DNA of 64,000 nt, taken from Eledone cirrhosa. Taxonomy: Eukaryota. Location of the stretch: NCBI GenBank assembly GCA_964016885.1, contig OZ024742.1:83700001-83764000 (forward strand), read 5' to 3'. Shown here piece by piece: positions 38,717 through 53,209 of this stretch; positions within the stretch are counted from its first letter, which is position 1, and the number at the start of each line of letters is the position of its first letter. The position numbers were made by a program, and so were the translations under genes. The notes beneath the pieces were generated by a model. The model worked only from the letters and a program-made list of their open reading frames with translations. It was not told where the DNA came from and ran no database searches.

Positions 38717-39201
38717 TCTGTGAATAGTACAACTATGCAGCAAGTGATCTGTAAGCACTGGATTAACTCCAGATGGTTTGCATCCTTCGCACCTATTGAT
38801 TATCAACTTGAATTGAGCTTAAACCTCACTTTGTTAAATGTACAGTTATTTTTTCTCTACTTGTCTAAACTTAAATATATATATATATATATAAACATTT
38901 TTGCATTATATACCCTTAACATTACCTGATTTCCAATGCTATGATATCGTTTATCTATCTTATCTTACATCTTTTTTTTTATTGCATCTTTTGCACATGT
39001 ATTACCTTAAACAATATCTTTTTATACATAATATGCTTAATTTTTCACTTTTCATCATTGCCCCTTATGTGTTTTCTGTAGCATAACATCCTTTTATAAC
39101 TCCTGATTTTCTATATGATGTCACTCACACTGACAATACTTATGTATCTATCTAAATGTTCTGAAGACTAGGATTTTAATTACCTGTTTAAACATTCTCT
39201 A

Positions 39202-39248
39202 TGCTCCGATGAAGGCAGACATCCGTCTGGAAGAAACGATTGTCAGCA
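39202..39248 (+). ncRNA. Type I hammerhead, U4C core variant
   Basis: tgct CCGATGA agg cagac atcc gtctg gaa GAAAC gatt GTC agca. Confidence 0.6.
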
Positions 39249-39468
39249 ATTAAATGTATTAAACTAAGATTTGATTGTTTTAATATTTTGTATCTCGGCT
39301 CTGTAATACATTTGATAATTTGCATTGAGCCTTTTCTCCTACCGGTAACTGGTTAGTACTACCCTCCATATTTATAATTGTATATAAAACATATATAAGT
39401 ATAAATTCATATATATATATATATATATATAGAAAGATTTGAATGGATACAGTTTAGTTGAAAGGAAT

Positions 39469-39590
39469 TTATTGACACGTGTTTCTGTAACAGTTACATA
39501 ACCTGAAAACAGCTGCTATCTACAAAAGTTTTAGTTATGCAGACATTCAATATTTCAATGTTATTATTTACTGTTATTTCATCAGAATAA
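39469..39590 (-). ncRNA. Expanded hammerhead (left arm of palindrome)
   Basis: Mirror of 41827-41948; stem II taacagt/actgtta. Confidence 0.75.
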
Positions 39591-40159
39591 TATTATTGAG
39601 GACCTATTTGGTTTTTATAGAGAATATTAGGAGGGAGGGGTGAAGTTGTTAGAAGAATAGTTGAGGGAGTGGTTTGTTGATAGCAGTGAGAATTTTTTGG
39701 TGGCAGTGAGTAATTAGATTCCCATCTGTTATTTTGACATTTTTATAGAATATATTATTGGTTATTTTTCTAAATTTATAGAAGGATTAGAGATAGTAAA
39801 GATATGCGTGGTTGGTTTTGTGTTTGCACTTAATTAACATTCAGACTTAAATTTTTCTTTCAAGTGTACGTATCCTTTCACCCACGCATTCACACACAAA
39901 TATATTTGCACACCTCTACAAAATACATATACTCACATTCACATATTCATACTTACATACATATACAAATGCATACATATATATATATACACACATGTAT
40001 TCATGTACATACACACGCGTTCATGTGTATACATTTTCATACTCAACTTATCTTTATATACACACGCATAGACACACACATATATACATACATACTCTAG
40101 TCTATGTGTACACATATACATATACATACACACCTATACATATATATATATATACACAC

Positions 40160-40190
<31 letters not shown>

Positions 40191-41826
40191 AGCACTTTAA
40201 TACATGAATACACTTACATCCTACTATACACATCAAACATATATATATTTACTTATTTATATACATTTTCACATATATATACATACTTATGGACGTTTTT
40301 AGACACATTCATTATCGCATATTTGCACCTATTTTCATCAGCATATCTTTCCATTATTAGTGTGGTAATTTAAGGTTATTAATATATGTTGAGAAAAGAT
40401 TGTTTTTATATTTTTCTAACTAGAATGAGGTTTATATAGTTGGGGGGGATGTCCCTCTTTTATGTAATATTCGGCTTGTAGTGGGAAAAAAGGGTTTTAG
40501 TTCTGTGACGGCAGAATAATGTTCGTTCAATTCTGTTATTCAGCAATTTTTTCTTGTGTGTGATTATGTAATAAATCTCAAGATTACATAATTTGCAGAA
40601 ATTTTGGCTCCTGGAAAAGCTTTGGGTTTTAGCTAATTTCTCCCATTTTAGAGTAAACTTTTGATCACTATCCCTGAGCGTCCAAGCTTTTTCTGCTAAA
40701 GTTGTTACAATGTAACAACTTTAGCAGAAAAAGCTTGGACGCTCAGGGATAGTGATCAAAAGTTTACTCTAAAATGGGAGAAATTAGCTAAAACCCAAAG
40801 CTTTTCCAGGAGCCAAAATTTCTGCAAATTATGTAATCTTGAGATTTATTACATAATCACACACAAGAAAAAATTGCTGAATAACAGAATTGAACGAACA
40901 TTATTCTGCCGTCACAGAACTAAAACCCTTTTTTCCCACTACAAGCCGAATATTACATAAAAGAGGGACATCCCCCCAACTATATAAACCTCATTCTAGT
41001 TAGAAAAATATAAAAACAATCTCTTCTCAACATATATTAATAACCTTAAATTACCACACTAATAATGGAAAGATATGCTGATGAAAATAGGTGCAAATAT
41101 GCGATAATGAATGTGTCTAAAAACGTCCATAAGTATGTATATATATGTGAAAATGTATATAAATAAGTAAATATATATATGTTTGATGTGTATAGTAGGA
41201 TGTAAGTGTATTCATGTATTAAAGTGCTTATATATATATATATATGTATATATATATGTGTGTATATATATATATATGTATAGGTGTGTATGTATATGTA
41301 TATGTGTACACATAGACTAGAGTATGTATGTATATATGTGTGTGTCTATGCGTGTGTATATAAAGATAAGTTGAGTATGAAAATGTATACACATGAACGC
41401 GTGTGTATGTACATGAATACATGTGTGTATATATATATATGTATGCATTTGTATATGTATGTAAGTATGAATATGTGAATGTGAGTATATGTATTTTGTA
41501 GAGGTGTGCAAATATATTTGTGTGTGAATGCGTGGGTGAAAGGATACGTACACTTGAAAGAAAAATTTAAGTCTGAATGTTAATTAAGTGCAAACACAAA
41601 ACCAACCACGCATATCTTTACTATCTCTAATCCTTCTATAAATTTAGAAAAATAACCAATAATATATTCTATAAAAATGTCAAAACAACAGATGGGAATC
41701 TAATTACTCACTGCCACCAAAAAATTCTCACTGCTATCAACAAACCACTCCCTCAACTATTCTTCTAACAACTTCACCCCTCCCTCCTAATATTCTCTAT
41801 AAAAACCAAATAGGTCCTCAATAATA

Positions 41827-41948
41827 TTATTCTGATGAAATGACAGTAAATAATAACATTGAAATATTGAATGTCTGCATAACTAAAACTTTTGTAGATA
41901 GCAGCTATTTTCAGGTTATGTAACTGTTACAGAAACACGTGTCAATAA
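41827..41948 (+). ncRNA. Type I hammerhead with branched loop II insertion
   Basis: ttatt CTGATGA aa tgacagt [acatt/aatgt and tgcataac/gttatgta hairpins] actgtta ca GAAAC acgt GTC aataa. Confidence 0.75.
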
Positions 41949-42169
41949 ATTCCTTTCAACTAAACTGTATCCATTCAAATCTTTCTATTTTTCTCCGGAT
42001 TACTTTTGGAACTACAACTGGAACCGTCGAGCAAACTCTACGTGAGCTGTCAATCTACTGTGTGTAATATTTATATTACAATACAACGGAAAATACTGTA
42101 TATATATATATAGAGAGAGAGAGAGAGAAGAAATTTACGAAATGGAAATGCGGGTATATAGAATTTATT

Positions 42170-42286
42170 AGGTAACAATTGTTTCTATAGTGTATGAGTT
42201 ACCTATACCTCGCTACTTGAATAATACACAAATATTATCAAAAACCGAAAGTACACTGTAAGCCAACACACCATGTCATCAGACCT
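42170..42286 (-). ncRNA. Type I hammerhead with long rod-like stem II
   Basis: Minus: aggt CTGATGA c atggtgtg [~70 nt imperfect hairpin] tacactat a GAAAC aatt GTT acct; lies 3' of the PLE ORF. Confidence 0.75.
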
Positions 42287-42695
42287 TTGTATTAGAATGA
42301 TATGAAAATAGTTTATACACTAGATAAAAGATAAAGAAGGAGGTAGGAAGAGAAGGGGTAGAGGGAAGTGAGTAAGGTGGAGGGAGTCTTAGGGTTTAAG
42401 ACTGTCAGACTAGTAGAGATTTGAAGAGAGAATGTTTTGGCAGCAGTTAGCTTAATGAGGCGTGCAAAGGTTGGCTAGGAAGTAGTTTCTTCTAGTGGTG
42501 TTGTTCGGACAAAATTTAGTTAGAGGGGTCAAAGTAGTACAGTGTCACAGACAAGTTATTAGGGCTATTATAGTAGCAGGTTATTTCTAAAGGGGTCCAG
42601 AAAAACAGTGTTTAGTACTATTATTATAGAAAGCCATATCTAGTGTATAAATATATAAGACAGAAATTTGCAAACGTTGGTGTAAAAAGGTAACA

Positions 42696-43860
42696 TTATA
42701 TGCATTTAAAAAAAGAAAAAGTCGTTTTCAAACGATGGTTACAATATAGAGAACGTTCAATTTTGCTGTTCAAAAGTTTGTTTACCGACGTTAAAATGCA
42801 GTATATCTCTAAATTGCATAACTTGCAGAATCGATGATTTTGCTGATATGCAGGCGCAGCTGCAATAATTTGCCAATCAAGGGAGAACGCTTGATTGTTC
42901 CTCCGAAGCTGCCAGGCTTTATCGGCGAGAGTTGTTACGGAGCGCATTTTCTCGTGCCTGATCGAAGATCGATGTTGGTATAGGCGAGCCTTGAAAGAAG
43001 TTGCGGTACATCCTACGTAATACCATTTGTTGATCCCGGAATTTATTGTACACCGGTAGACAATATTGCGTGCTAGGCACTGGTTATTCAGTGGGCACGT
43101 ACCTGGTTTGGTGCAGTTACAACTATTTTTATGTTTTGCAGTAGAATCCTGGATAGTTTGGTGGGGTTGTGGTTGCGTGTTAGTGCGTTGTATGTTGCTA
43201 TGCTGGTGCGCTGAGTCATTAGGGATGTACTTATTCAGTATTGCTGAGTTGAGTTTTCTAATTAGTTGTTCTATGTTAGGTGCAGTGGAGTATGAGAGTC
43301 TAATGGTGCGCGATTTAAAGATTTTATAGTATTTATGTGAAGTTGTAAAGTGTTTATTGATTAGTGTATAGAATTGTGAGATAATCTTAGTGCTAATAGA
43401 AGAATTGTACACGGGGTTATACCATATGTACTCTCTACGTCTGACTCTATTTGCTGGTTTGCACCTGTTAGTATGCCTATTGATGTGTGTGTGTGGTGCA
43501 ATACTAGTTTGACTTAGATGTGTTTTATTCATAGTACTTATGTGGTTATCGTCTAGATATTCAATTTTCTCGCAGTAACCAGCTTTTCTAAGTGCGTTAT
43601 TATAATATTCAGCATGCTCGTTGAAGGTCTGCAAATTAGACGACAGTCGGGAGATCCTTATGGATATATTTTTAGGGATAGATTTAATAATGGAATGAGG
43701 ATGGTTCGATTTTACATTAACGTACTTAAGATTTTCATTAAGTTTGTGAAATTGCTCTATATTACCGTTATTAAGGTTGAAGGTGACATCCAAGAAGTTG
43801 ACCACCTTAAGATTGTGTTCAAAGGTAATATTAAGCCCTAGTTCTAAGAAAAGTTTCCTA
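42696..43860 (-). CDS. Naiad-type Penelope-like RT thumb plus GIY-YIG endonuclease (5'-truncated)
   Basis: VNFLDVT, SNHP, WYNP, CNC...CPL..QC, IVYRC...YVG, FKARL..H, CKLCNLE. Confidence 0.9.
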
Positions 43861-44086
43861 ATAATAGGTTACAGTATCGTAAAAGAGGATAGAAAGAAGA
43901 GACATAAAGAGGTGCGATACAGAATATTACATGCCAAAAGCGGATGTGTAAGTGCTCAATGCTTGGGTTAGCAGGGTTAAATATTAGAGAAAGTTAACAT
44001 TTAGCGTAAAGGTTAAGCAGCACTGTAATAGGCAAAAGAATGAGTGAATGAAAGAGTTACAAGCCGTTAAAATATATCCTTATATA

Positions 44087-44127
44087 GCTCTTACACGTGT
44101 TTCGACCTGGGGGGACTCATCGGAGGC
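44087..44127 (-). ncRNA. Hammerhead (U4C) in the inverted pLTR
   Basis: Minus: gcct CCGATGA gtccccccaggtc GAAAC acgt GTA agagc. Confidence 0.55.
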
Positions 44128-46827
44128 AGATATTAATAAGCAAAGACCTTAATTACAGACCCTGAGAGGGTATAATAATAATAATATCACATCGAGACAA
44201 TTACTACGCCTCTATTTCTCCTATACTACTAAATAAGGCCCTAATCTTAGCTAGATCTAACACTAGTTTAACTAAAAGAGAAATAGACATAGTGCTTGCA
44301 GCGAGGCGAACCATTATTCATTTCGAAGGCTCCTACTGGACCAGAACCAGCCGTCCTGATAACTTTGATGTCACGATGGGGTCAAGTGACTCAGCACAGG
44401 CAACTGACCTGGTCGGAATTTACCTCCTACACAGACTCAGAGACGAGATTCCTGTACTACAAGGAGGTGTATATAGGGACGACGCCCTATTTACCGTAAA
44501 GAACAAGATAGAAAACCTTAATAAACATATACACAAGTTCTTTAAAACATACGGCCTCTCTGTAACTATTGACCACAACCATAATATAGTTAACTTCTTA
44601 GATGTTACGTTAGAATTAGATATTGGCTTATACAGACCATACCACAAGTCAGGTGAGGTCTTGTCTTACATCAACTATGCATCTAACCACCCTAATTCTA
44701 CGCTTAACTCTATAGTGTATAGCATCTCACATAGAATCTCGAGACTTTCTGCCAATGAAGACCTCTTCAACCAAACTGCCGAATATTACAAGGCATTGGC
44801 TGAACCAGGTTATAACAGCAAAATCTCATATTTCCATGACGCAGGATCCATAAAGCACCCCTCCCGTAGGACTAGTGTTAAAGCGAACCATACCTATAAC
44901 CACCGCCGCAGTGGCCCTACAACCGAAAAACATATTAATCGAGCTAATAATGCATGCGACTAGCTATGGCGACTAGCTATGGCCTGTATCATGATTGGCT
45001 AGATTGGTGAATTACCATACCCACACCATCGTAGTTGGGTCAATAGAATTAACAGCAACCTACTTGAATTATTCCCCGCATACAGGCTTAATAAAGGTGA
45101 CGGTATATTACCAACACCCTCTAAAGGGCACAGGGTAACCCAGAGCCGCCGCGTTGGGGGTGCCCTTACACATAGGCATAATGTTAACAGAGCACGCATT
45201 AGCCAGCAGCCCTACCACCTTGATAAGGACACCCACTACGGCAATAACCTCCGCACTAACCCCGGAACGACACGTAAACGCCGGCGTAATGTCTTATGGT
45301 TCCGTCCCACCTACTCTCGGAGTGTGGCCACCAATTTACCCAGAATCTTTTTCGATGCCTTAGAGAGAAACTTCCCACCTAACAACAGATACCGTAAAAT
45401 CCTCAATAAGAATAACGTCAAGATATCTTATTCTACTACACCAAATTTAGCCGACCTCATAGCAATAAGCAACTACAGTAAGCTCACCAGAATACAACAT
45501 GCCTGTAATGCAAACATTTGGGAATATGATAACTCTGTCAACCTTAACAATTCGGTCGCCCGGCACGGTAACCTGGACAGGAACCTTAATATTAGCAGTA
45601 GCGTGCACAATAGCACCACAATCGCAGCGCCAGTAGTGTGACCGACGACCAGGTTAGAAACCATAGCAACTATAACAACGGCTATAGAAGACGCTATAAC
45701 ACGAGAAATAGAAACACATCGCATGAATATAACTATAATAGCGCCAACCACAATAATGGCAGCTATGGTGATAATAATAGTAATAGAATTAACACCAGCC
45801 TTCACTACCCAAGAGGTGACAACAAAAAACTCTGCAACTGTCGTAACCCTAACAACTGTCCACTCCGAGGTTACTGCTTGACTAGAAACGTAATCTATAG
45901 ATGCACAGTTACAAGTTTTAATAGTGTTAAGTCATACATAGAAGCTACTTCTGGGGAGTTCAAGACTAGATTTCGAGCGCATCTCCACTCTTTTAGGAAT
46001 AGGAAACTTAGATACTCTACATTCCTCGCAAATTATATTACCCAATTAACTGACTCCAACATTAGCTACACCACACAATGGGAAATTGTGATCCAAGGAA
46101 CACCTTATAATTTAAAAAAAAACTGCCAGCTCTGCCTAATGGAACTGTATTATGTAGTGCAGGCACCCCAGGAACTCATAAATAGTCGGGCCGAAACTGT
46201 CATCAATTGCCACCGACTACAACAATCATTCTACAGATGGATCCCAGCAACTTAATAACCACTATAATACCTGAGGCTCTCAACACCGCACCCTGGCCTG
46301 ACCTGCCGGCGGTAGGTTTACTATTATACAACGTGGAATAACACCATCATCTACCCACTGTTTTCCCACCAGGAAGCTGCACAGCACATATTCAGTCGGG
46401 CCCGCCCCGCTATATTCTTCCTCTTGGCCGGACCAGGTTTAAGTAATCTTACGAACTTGCTGCCTAAACCCGAGTAACTTCTTAGATAATTGATCATATG
46501 AACGTACAACTTCGATCCAAATTGACATTATTTTTCTAGGCCTTCAAATTCGCACCCAACGTGCTCCCTTACATTAGGTATACCTGTGTGCAGTCTTTAA
46601 CGACGTTACCAATAGTCTATCATATTCACACCTAAACATGGAATCATTTATACTGAGTTGACCAACCCCGCATATGTTAATTCCTTTTAAATAAAAAAAA
46701 TTTTCCATAGCTGGTACTGGTCATAAGTTATGCAGTAAACTTTCTACGGGCACCGGTAATTACCTCGCTTAGCAAATTATACTCGTTTCACCGTATTTAT
46801 ACCCATAACATTTAAAGTTATTACGCA

Positions 46828-46997
46828 TGGCGATTGGTTTGGCAGTATCGGTAGAGGGTCTGACACCATGCTTTCCAGCATAGTTACGTCCCTTTTCGGC
46901 TGGAGTTCAAATCCCGCCGAGGTTAACTTTGTCTTTCATCCTTACGGAGTCGATAAAATAAAGTACCAGAAATGCACTGGGATAATTGCTGGCCTTA
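46828..46997 (+). mobile_element. tRNA-derived SINE inserted in the PLE 3' region
   Basis: Colinear with 38373-38540. Confidence 0.85.
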
Positions 46998-47059
46998 AGA
47001 AACAATTATTATTATACCCTCTCAGGGCTGTAAGTAAGGTCTTTGCTTATTAATATCTG

Positions 47060-47096
47060 CCTCCGATGAGCCCCCCTGGGCGAAACACGTGTAAGG
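47060..47096 (+). ncRNA. Minimal hammerhead (U4C)
   Basis: cct CCGATGA gccc ccct gggc GAAAC acgt GTA agg. Confidence 0.7.
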
Positions 47097-47155
47097 ATAT
47101 GTTTTAACGGCTTGTAACTCTTTCATTCACTCATTCTTTTGCGTATATATATATA

Positions 47156-48052
47156 TAAGTCTGATATTTGATTTCGGATTCAAAGAAACACTTTAAACGA
47201 TTGTTCGTTTGATTTGTCCAGGTGTACTTTTCTCAACCTGATTAGTTCTATCGATACTTTGGTATATATTGTGTGTTAGTTTCGCCTACCACAATGTTCG
47301 ATTTGTCAAGCTATTTAAACGTATGTTATTACTCTAAGGTCCTATCTTATCGAGTATTTTGCTAACTCATCATTTCATATAAGTAGGCCGAATTTACTTG
47401 CAAACCGCCAGAGATTCGATTTTACTGATTTCCAATTATATTATTCTCCTAGATTTAATAATTAACTAATTAATTTAATTAAACAATTCTGTTGATTGGT
47501 TAATTATTTGTGTTTGTTTTATAACATCTAGTTGAGAGCTTATCATGATGATTAACGGAAATTAAAATATTTCCTTTCGCTAGCATTTTGAATGACCCGC
47601 CTAAAACCGGGGGTTATTTCCCATGCCGGAATTAACACGTGATAGCTATAGATACGATTAGCCGCATGGAGCAGCAACATATAATTTATCACTCCGGCCC
47701 TAGGAAGAACGAAATACCTGTTGATAAACTTAATCCTCCGTTCGAACACCAATACCATGAGCTTGCCATTCACGTAAGTCTGATATTTGATTTCGGATTC
47801 AAAGAAACACTTTAAACGATTGTTCGTTTGATTTGTCCAGGTGTACTTTTCTCAAACTGATTAGTTCTATCGTTACTTTGGTATATATTTTGTGTTAGTT
47901 TCGCCTACCACAATGTTCGATTTGTCAAGCTATTTAAACGTATGTTATTACTCTAAGGTCCTATCTTATCGAGAGCTTTGCTAACTCATCATTTCATATA
48001 AGTAGGCCGAATTTACTTGCAAACCGCCAGAGATTCGATTTTACTGAACTCC

Positions 48053-48060
<8 letters not shown>
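47156..48060. repeat. ~285 bp direct repeats (47156-47441 / 47775-48060) around a ~330 bp spacer
   Basis: taagtctgatatttgatttcgg...ccaattatat occurs twice; (TA)n flanks. Confidence 0.92.
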
Positions 48061-48104
<44 letters not shown>

Positions 48105-48105
<1 letters not shown>

Positions 48106-48303
48106 ACAAAGAAAGTGTGGTAAAGAACCAGGTGGACCATAACGCACTAGAGTACTCGATACTTAGGGTGGTAGAGTGAGTAATGGGAAAAGAGTCAGGA
48201 CCCTGACGGCTGACTTCCGGCCGTTTCGACAGCTAGATCCAAACGTTCAGATCTAGCTGTCGAAACGACCGGAGCTCAGCCGTCAGGATCCTGACACTTT
48301 TCC
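48105..48303 (-). mobile_element. Short fold-back repeat family (copy 2 of 3)
   Basis: Hairpin ~48187-48303; homologous to 10238-10423. Confidence 0.7.
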
Positions 48304-48316
48304 TCTCACTCTCTCA

Positions 48317-48427
<111 letters not shown>

Positions 48428-48744
48428 CATACATATATACATATACACATATATATACATATTTATATATATGCATGTGTGTATGTGTATGTATATATGT
48501 ATGCATGTATGTATGTATATATATGTATACACTCACCATCACCAGTGATTCTGGTTATGGTTGCCAAGCATGCTTTTGTCAAGTATCGTTTCTTTTGATT
48601 TCTATTTCCCTGGGGAAATTTTTGCGCAATCAATAATGGAAATATAAAAAGAACGGAATAATATTTTTTTATTTCATTCTCTAATGAAATTATTTTGATA
48701 CCCTTCCAGACTTCTGATTCATTTTAAGAACTAGGTTTGTTGTT

Positions 48745-48948
48745 GCACCTGTGACAGTGGAGACTTGCGGCTTCTTGCATGACAACATCCCTACTCACTG
48801 CTATCGAAGCGGATTTGGGTGCCACCCGTGCCTATCCCACGAGATGGAGTGGCTGTTCCAGCTCGTCTCTACCGCCGTCCGCCAGGGCAATGTCTTCTCC
48901 ATCCTGTCGCCCGGGACCACCACTAGGCGTAGGATACGATGGCAGTCT

Positions 48949-48950
<2 letters not shown>
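48745..48950 (+). pseudogene. 3' fragment of a CRE-like RLE retrotransposon
   Basis: APVTVETCG...EWLFQLVSTAVRQGNVFSILS, followed by (CT)n(CA)n. Confidence 0.55.
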
Positions 48951-49038
<88 letters not shown>

Positions 49039-50351
49039 TTATATATGTAATTGACTATTAATTTAACCATTATACCGAGAATAATTTTTTATTAGTTTTT
49101 GAATTCAGCAAAGAAATTTATCAGATTTTTGTTGAAAGTCGAAAAATATCTGTGTATGATATTGAAGTTAGGTACCCGTTTACATTATTTTTAAATATTC
49201 TTACTTACATTTTTGTTTAAAATTCATATTATTCATTCTTAGATTTAGTTATACCATGTAGTATTATATCATGATTTTATAATTGATAAAATATTTTTGT
49301 TTCATTATATATTTTCAAACATTGTTATAATCACTAATTATCTATGTATTTTTGTAGGTTATGATGTAAATTTTTCGTTGAATAGGAAATTCAGAGGCGA
49401 CGAAGAGGAGTTTCAGTTAGATCTTGTCAACAGTTTTCATACGCTTTAGATACGCAAGTCTCCGATATCCAAATGATTAAATGTTAGCAGAAGGCCACCA
49501 AGGAATCGTCACCTGAATGCGACCCAGTCCCCTGAGAGGTGTTTCTTCTCTGAAGACTTTCTGCTGTCCAGCTCTCCTGGGAGTTTTTTACCACATTTTT
49601 TACAACTTGGTCTTAAGATAAGAAGTATAAAGAATGAATCAACAGTAAAATAGCTGTTGCATTCTAAACTCGATATTGTCTTCCATTGCAGTGATTTTTT
49701 TACAAAAATATAATCTCAAATATTTTTTAAGGGGTCAACATCAAGCTCTGTGGAGATGGCGCTTGGTTTTCATGTTATGTTTTTGGTCTCCTTTTATGGA
49801 CTTTCTTGGTTGATTTGTTTGGTATCTGTGTGGATATTTTATTTGAGATTGTTATTTCAACAAGAATTGTGTCGTATGTATGTATATGTGTGTGCGTGTG
49901 TATATGTATATGTGTGCGTGTAAGTGTGGGGATGACTGTATTTACACATGTAGAAAGCACTACTCTAAATGGTGTGGGAAAGTACAATAAGAGACACATT
50001 TATGCAAATAAATTTTATTTAAAAAAGACAGAAAAAGAAGAAAACAAGATTTATTTGAACAAAACTATGAAAAGGTATGGAGAGATATTTTGATATGTCT
50101 TTATTTAATAGAAGATAGAAAATTAAATTAGATAACAAACAAAGAAGGCTGTTTTATTCTTCAAGAAGTCTATCTTGAAACATTGGAAGACATCTCAAAG
50201 TAATTCACGAGAACTTAACTAAATTATACCTATATAGTCAAAACCATGTGTACCTATTTACTAAAGTCTATGAGAGTGTGTACATGTATGAGTATATGTG
50301 TATATTTGTTTGTGTATGGGAGTAAATTTATATATTTACATAGACACACGC

Positions 50352-50417
<66 letters not shown>

Positions 50418-50424
50418 TTATATT

Positions 50425-50455
<31 letters not shown>

Positions 50456-50556
50456 ATATGTATATATATTTATATTTATATATATATACATATATATATT
50501 TATATATATATATATTTATATTTATATATATATATATTTATATTTATATATATATA

Positions 50557-50713
<157 letters not shown>

Positions 50714-51799
50714 ATATATATATATAAACATTATAGAGAAATGTTTGTGTGGTGTGTATGTGTATACATATGCATGAGCATATGTATTTGTGAATATAAC
50801 ACAAATATGGGCGTGTGCGCATGTCATGATATATATTTATGATTGTGCATCTGCATCTGCATCAGCATGGGCGCGTGTGTCACTGTGGTGTGTGTGTGAG
50901 TGTGTGGGGGGCGGTGTATATGCGTGTGTATGCGTATATGTGTGTGTATGTGTGTGTTTATGCTTTTTCTTGCCTTCCATCTAGTCAGGCTACCAACCTT
51001 ATTGATTTGTATAACCTAGAAACGATAGAAAAAGTAAAAGCTTTCCACCTTCCAGTAGAAATCACAAGTGCCAATAATATCTGGCGCCAACGTCCATTCA
51101 TCAGACTGTATATCCTGTTGGCTTCCTTCATACCGCCAGAGACGGCGGGGGAAGACCGTTCTTGCAGTTTGTTAAATCCCAGTCAAATGTTAAAAGCAAA
51201 TTGCCAAATATTATTTTTCAAATCACTCTACAAGTTTCAACTGACTTTTCGTGCACCATATGTTGCTGGTGGTTTTACAGAGCGGAGAGGAGGAGTAGGG
51301 TGTGTCGGAGTATGTGAGAGAGAGAACAGGGGAGGTGGAGAGAGAGTATGGTGGAAAAGAGGTAGGGAAGGAGAAGAGAGACAGATGGTGGAAAAGAGGT
51401 AGGGAAGGAGAAGAGAGACAGATGGAGGAAAAGAGACAAGGCAAAAGGAGGGGGAGAAATATGAAAAAAAAAGGAATAATGAAGATAGATAAGGAAAAGA
51501 TGGGGAATGAATCTTTACGGAGTTACCTAGAATGGGAAGAAAGAGAAATTCATGCACACACGCGGACATATATATGGTTAAACAATACATATATATAAAT
51601 ATATATATATATAAATATATATATATAAATATATATATATATGAATATATATATATAAATATATATATATAAATATATATATATAAATATATATATATAA
51701 ATATATATATATAAATATATATATTTATAAATATATATATATAAATATATATATATAAATAAATATATATAAATATATATATATAAATATATATATATA

Positions 51800-51831
<32 letters not shown>

Positions 51832-51845
51832 AATATATATATATA

Positions 51846-51883
<38 letters not shown>

Positions 51884-51940
51884 AATATATATATAAATAT
51901 ATATATATAAATATATATATAAATAAATATATATATAAAT

Positions 51941-52024
<84 letters not shown>

Positions 52025-52058
52025 CATATATATATAAATATATATATATAAATATATG

Positions 52059-52176
<118 letters not shown>

Positions 52177-52692
52177 AATATATATATATAAATATATATA
52201 TATAAATATATATAAATATATATATAAATATATATATATATAAATATATATAAATATATATATAAATATATATATATATAAATATATATATAAATATATA
52301 TATATATAAATATATATATATAAATATATATATAACAAAGAAGACAAAATAAAATAAACAAACAAGCAAATAAATAAATAAATATATAGACAGACTGAAT
52401 AAAAAATGGCGTAGACATACAACACAACAGGAGGAAAAAATATAACACCACTGACGATGTTGCAGATGTGCAACGAAAGATTTATGTAAATTATGCAAAC
52501 TATATATATGTGTTTGTGTCTATATTGTATCTGTATTATTTTTGACCGTCTGTCAGTCAATGGCAACATTGAGGACCGATTAAGTTAGATCGCAGATATA
52601 AAAGACAGCGAGAAGCGAAAACCAACCAAACAGTGAGTGTGTTCTGTTATTAATTCTGGCAATATTACACAAATATGACCCTCTCCAAGTAT

Positions 52693-52803
<111 letters not shown>

Positions 52804-52805
52804 TT

Positions 52806-52838
<33 letters not shown>

Positions 52839-52942
52839 GTATATATATATGTGTGTGTATATATATATGTATATATGTATATATATATATATATAAATAT
52901 ATATATATATAAATATATATATATGTATATATATATATATGT

Positions 52943-52977
<35 letters not shown>

Positions 52978-52978
52978 A

Positions 52979-53019
<41 letters not shown>

Positions 53020-53209
53020 GATAAATCTACCAAGAGTTTACGGTAGTGTCCAATCCGTATGAAGAACTCAATGTATTCCGGATATCATGGAAAGAAAAGA
53101 TGTAATGAAAATCCACTTTCGGTGAAAGATAAACGGTATACAGAGTCAAGATAAAATATTAAACAAATAATGAACAAACAATTCCTTATATTAAACAAAA
53201 AAAGTTCAC

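Larger units (their letters stand above)
39430..41987. repeat. ~2.55 kb near-perfect palindrome (1-nt spacer at 40710) made of a PLE 3' end
   Basis: Centre gttgttaca-a-tgtaacaac; mirrored ORF track; 40712-40960 translates VTTLAEKAW...FCKLCNLEIYYI...LLNNRIE..CRH, homologous to the 42696-43805 C-terminus. Confidence 0.95.
44032..47142 (+). mobile_element. Naiad-type PLE, 5'-truncated and frameshifted, with inverted pLTRs (44032-44182 / 47005-47142)
   Basis: [26 protein letters not shown]...CPLRGYC, CQLCLME; 13 bp duplication at ~44956 breaks the frame. Confidence 0.9.

Noticed and set aside
50985-51295. Unique-looking island (also 49380-49620) as possible host exon
   Set aside because: No recognisable protein motif or confident splice sites; needs RNA-seq or BLAST
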